Shown here: piece by piece, positions 62,481 to 64,000 of the stretch | How the letters are laid out: every line of letters begins with the position of its first letter | Numbering within the stretch: the first letter of the stretch is position 1 | NCBI GenBank assembly: GCA_049322315.1 | Contig: JBMORF010000082.1 | Coordinates: forward strand, 128,141 to 192,140 | DNA: 64,000 nt | Direction of reading: 5' to 3' | Source of the DNA: Thermodesulfobacteriota bacterium | GTDB lineage: Bacteria; Desulfobacterota; Desulfobaccia; Desulfobaccales; 0-14-0-80-60-11 | Made by a program: the position numbers and the translations under genes | Notes under the pieces: model-generated | What the model saw: only the letters and a program-made list of their open reading frames with translations | The model's database searches: none | Told to the model about the DNA's origin: nothing

Positions 62481-62579
62481 CTGGTCGCCCTGGAGGTGGT
62501 GGAGTACGGCGCCCTGCCCCGGACGGACCGGAAGAGCAAACGGGTTTTTGATACCCGGATCACGGATTCCGTGGTATAA
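62481..62579 (+). pseudogene. paaK: Orphan 3' fragment of paaK (last 32 codons plus stop), displaced by the MNT-HEPN cassette
   Basis: It reads LVALEVVEYGALPRTDRKSKRVFDTRITDSVV*, nearly identical in protein to the end of the intact ORF (61434..61538). It has a 48-nt identical core. All 9 downstream nt differences are synonymous. Confidence 0.85.
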
Positions 62580-62621
62580 ATTATTAAAATTGGAGGCGGA
62601 CGCCTCTTAAGGGAGTTAACC

Positions 62622-62789
62622 ATGAAGAAGCTTGTTTGCCTGGGCATGCTGCTTGTGCTTCTGGCTCTGGTCGGTTGCGCCGGCGACCCTGGGGTGACCC
62701 CCTCTCGGGACCGGGCCGCCAATTATAATTGGGGTTCGGATGCGGTCTGCTCCCCGGGTTGCCCCATAGGTATGAGCGGTTCCTGGTGA
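62622..62789 (+). CDS. Small lipoprotein (55 aa)
   Basis: ATG 62622 follows GGGAG. MKKLVCLGMLLVLLALVGCAG has a lipobox (LVGC). It is below the ORF-track size cut-off and is followed by a strong terminator. Confidence 0.55.
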   Translation: MKKLVCLGMLLVLLALVGCAGDPGVTPSRDRAANYNWGSDAVCSPGCPIGMSGSW

Positions 62790-62846
62790 GAAAGGCGGGA
62801 ACATTCACCACCATTCTTCAAAGAAACAGGGGTAACTGAGACAAGA

Positions 62847-62877
62847 AGATTGTGCCCGGGCACAATCTTTTTTTTTC
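62847..62877 (+). terminator. Rho-independent terminator
   Basis: AGATTGTGC-ccgg-GCACAATCT followed by a run of T residues. Confidence 0.85.
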
Positions 62878-62952
62878 TTTCCTCTTGGCGGACTCGATAT
62901 CTCTGTGGTAAAGGTGAAAAATGCGCCAAGGAAATCAGAGGAGGAATTATTC

Positions 62953-64000
62953 ATGAAGAGTAGGCTGTTGACGATCCTGGTGGCCATCGCCCTGGTGGGC
63001 GGCATCTCTTTGTCGGCCCAGGCCGCAGCCAAGAAGGCCGCGGCTAAGAAAGAACCCATTAAAATCGGAGCCATGTTTGCTTTGTCGGGGCCGGCGGCTC
63101 ACATCGGCACCCCCACCAAGCTGGTGGCGGAAATGGTGGTAAACAAGATCAATAAGGAAGGGGGCATCAACGGCCGTCCCATCGAGTTGATCCTGGGGGA
63201 CACCGAGAGCAACCCGGCCAAGGCCGCCACCCTCGCCAAAAAATTCATCCATGCGGACAAGGTGGCGGCCATCATCGGTCCCACCACCACGGGCTCAGGG
63301 ATGCAGGTGAAAAAGATCGTGGAAGAAGCCGGAATTCCCACCTTTATGTGCGTGGGCGGCGACCCGGTGATCATGGGAGGTAAATTCGGGGCCTTTACCA
63401 ATGTCTTCAAATCGCCACAGCGCTCCTCCGTGGCGGTGAAAAAGCTTTTCAGCTACCTCAAAGAGAAGAAGCTGACCAAGGTAGCCCTGCTTACGGCCTC
63501 GGACAGCTTCGGCAAAGATGGGGCCCAGTGGCTGACGAAACTGGCCCCGGAATATGGGATCACCATCGTCGCCCAGGAGTCCTTCGGTCCCAAAGACACG
63601 GATATGACCACGCAGTTGACCAAGGCTAAAAATGCCAAACCCCAGGCCATTGTCTGCTGGACCATCGGCCCCGCGGGTCCCATCGTCTCCAAGAACAAAG
63701 CCCAGTTAGGTATCAAGATCCCTCTCTTTCAGTGCCATGGAGAACCGGATCCCAAGTACATCGAGTTGGCCGGTAAAGCCTCCGAGGGGGACCGGATGCC
63801 CTCCACCAAGCTGATGGTGGCCGGTGAACTGGCGGATAAAGACCCCCAGAAGAAGGTGATCCAGGAATTCGTCAAGCTGTACAAAGATAATAAGTACGAT
63901 AAGCAATTTCCCATCAACACCCATTCCGGGTATGCCTGGGACGCCATCTATATCGTGGCCAACGCTATGAAAAAGGCGGGGACGGACCCCAAAGCCCTGC
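62953..64000 (+). CDS. livK: Liv-type (family 4) ABC transporter periplasmic substrate-binding protein; partial, the 3' end runs off the window
   Basis: Own translation from ATG 62953, preceded by GGAGGA: MKSRLLTILVAIALVGGISLSAQAAAKK..PIKIGAMFALSGPAAHIGTP..NKEGGINGRPIELILGDTESNP..AIIGPTTTGSG. It is not in the ORF track because there is no stop in the window. Confidence 0.85.
   Translation, partial: MKSRLLTILVAIALVGGISLSAQAAAKKAAAKKEPIKIGAMFALSGPAAHIGTPTKLVAEMVVNKINKEGGINGRPIELILGDTESNPAKAATLAKKFIHADKVAAIIGPTTTGSGMQVKKIVEEAGIPTFMCVGGDPVIMGGKFGAFTNVFKSPQRSSVAVKKLFSYLKEKKLTKVALLTASDSFGKDGAQWLTKLAPEYGITIVAQESFGPKDTDMTTQLTKAKNAKPQAIVCWTIGPAGPIVSKNKAQLGIKIPLFQCHGEPDPKYIELAGKASEGDRMPSTKLMVAGELADKDPQKKVIQEFVKLYKDNKYDKQFPINTHSGYAWDAIYIVANAMKKAGTDPKAL

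Noticed and set aside
62592-62607. Small hairpin GGAGGC-ggac-GCCTCT after the orphan paaK fragment as the native paaK terminator
   Set aside because: The stem is only 5-6 bp with a G-U pair and no T-run, which is too weak to call.
1-64000. Search for tRNA, rRNA, tmRNA or other housekeeping RNA genes
   Set aside because: No cloverleaf-like or rRNA-like conserved sequences were noticed in the intergenic regions on either strand. This cannot be excluded without tRNAscan or Infernal.

Overview
High-GC (roughly 60-70% G+C by hand counts) bacterial chromosome segment with an anaerobe-type gene set: desulfoferrodoxin, cytochrome bd, indolepyruvate:ferredoxin oxidoreductase, many sigma-54, two-component and partner-switching regulators. 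It looks Desulfobacterota-like, but that is inference only. No rRNA, tRNA or CRISPR array was seen.

Gene content, left to right:
1. A cobalamin-riboswitch-controlled operon on the minus strand: SPASM radical-SAM enzyme, CobN, and a fused ChlI/D-type chelatase ATPase.
2. A partner-switching module (HAMP-PP2C phosphatase, STAS protein, RsbW-like kinase) built around an NCS2 permease that carries an RsbW-like tail.
3. A secreted polymorphic-toxin locus: signal peptide, TPR, C39-peptidase and RHS/YD shell with an AT-rich glycine-zipper C-terminal tip, then a small YD ORF and an SBBP beta-propeller protein.
4. An orphan kdpDE-like pair.
5. A CBS / DASS / ArsB-NhaD transporter operon.
6. A PEP-utilising-enzyme-like protein with an HD-GYP protein, a beta-carbonic anhydrase, a Cache-PAS histidine kinase, and an RsbW-like-GNAT fusion.
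7. A 2-hydroxyacid dehydrogenase / TPP 2-ketoacid decarboxylase / Fe-alcohol dehydrogenase operon.
8. A rearrangement scar where a truncated integrase abuts a truncated lactonase.
9. An MFS sugar porter.
10. An oxygen-defence cluster: cydAB, dfx, two small unknown ORFs, a sigma-54 promoter and a PAS-Cys4 sigma-54 activator.
11. A long liv-type ABC / iorAB / paaK operon that is interrupted at almost every gene junction by repeat hairpins or small accessory cassettes.

The accessory cassettes in that operon are a NUDIX gene, a roughly 4-kb mosaic island (decayed vapBC, a RAYT-type Y1 transposase, an AT-rich HEPN-like ORF) and an MNT-HEPN pair.

Most interesting observations:
- The MNT-HEPN cassette carries its own synonymous-diverged surrogate 3' end of paaK.
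- The transporter-centred partner-switching module.
- REP hairpins embedded inside the RAYT ORF.
- A heptad-repeat RNA hairpin family bracketing iorAB.
- The in-frame livF-paaK fusion.

Coordinates that are not anchored to the ORF track may be off by a few nt. All family assignments come from motif recognition by eye, not from searches.
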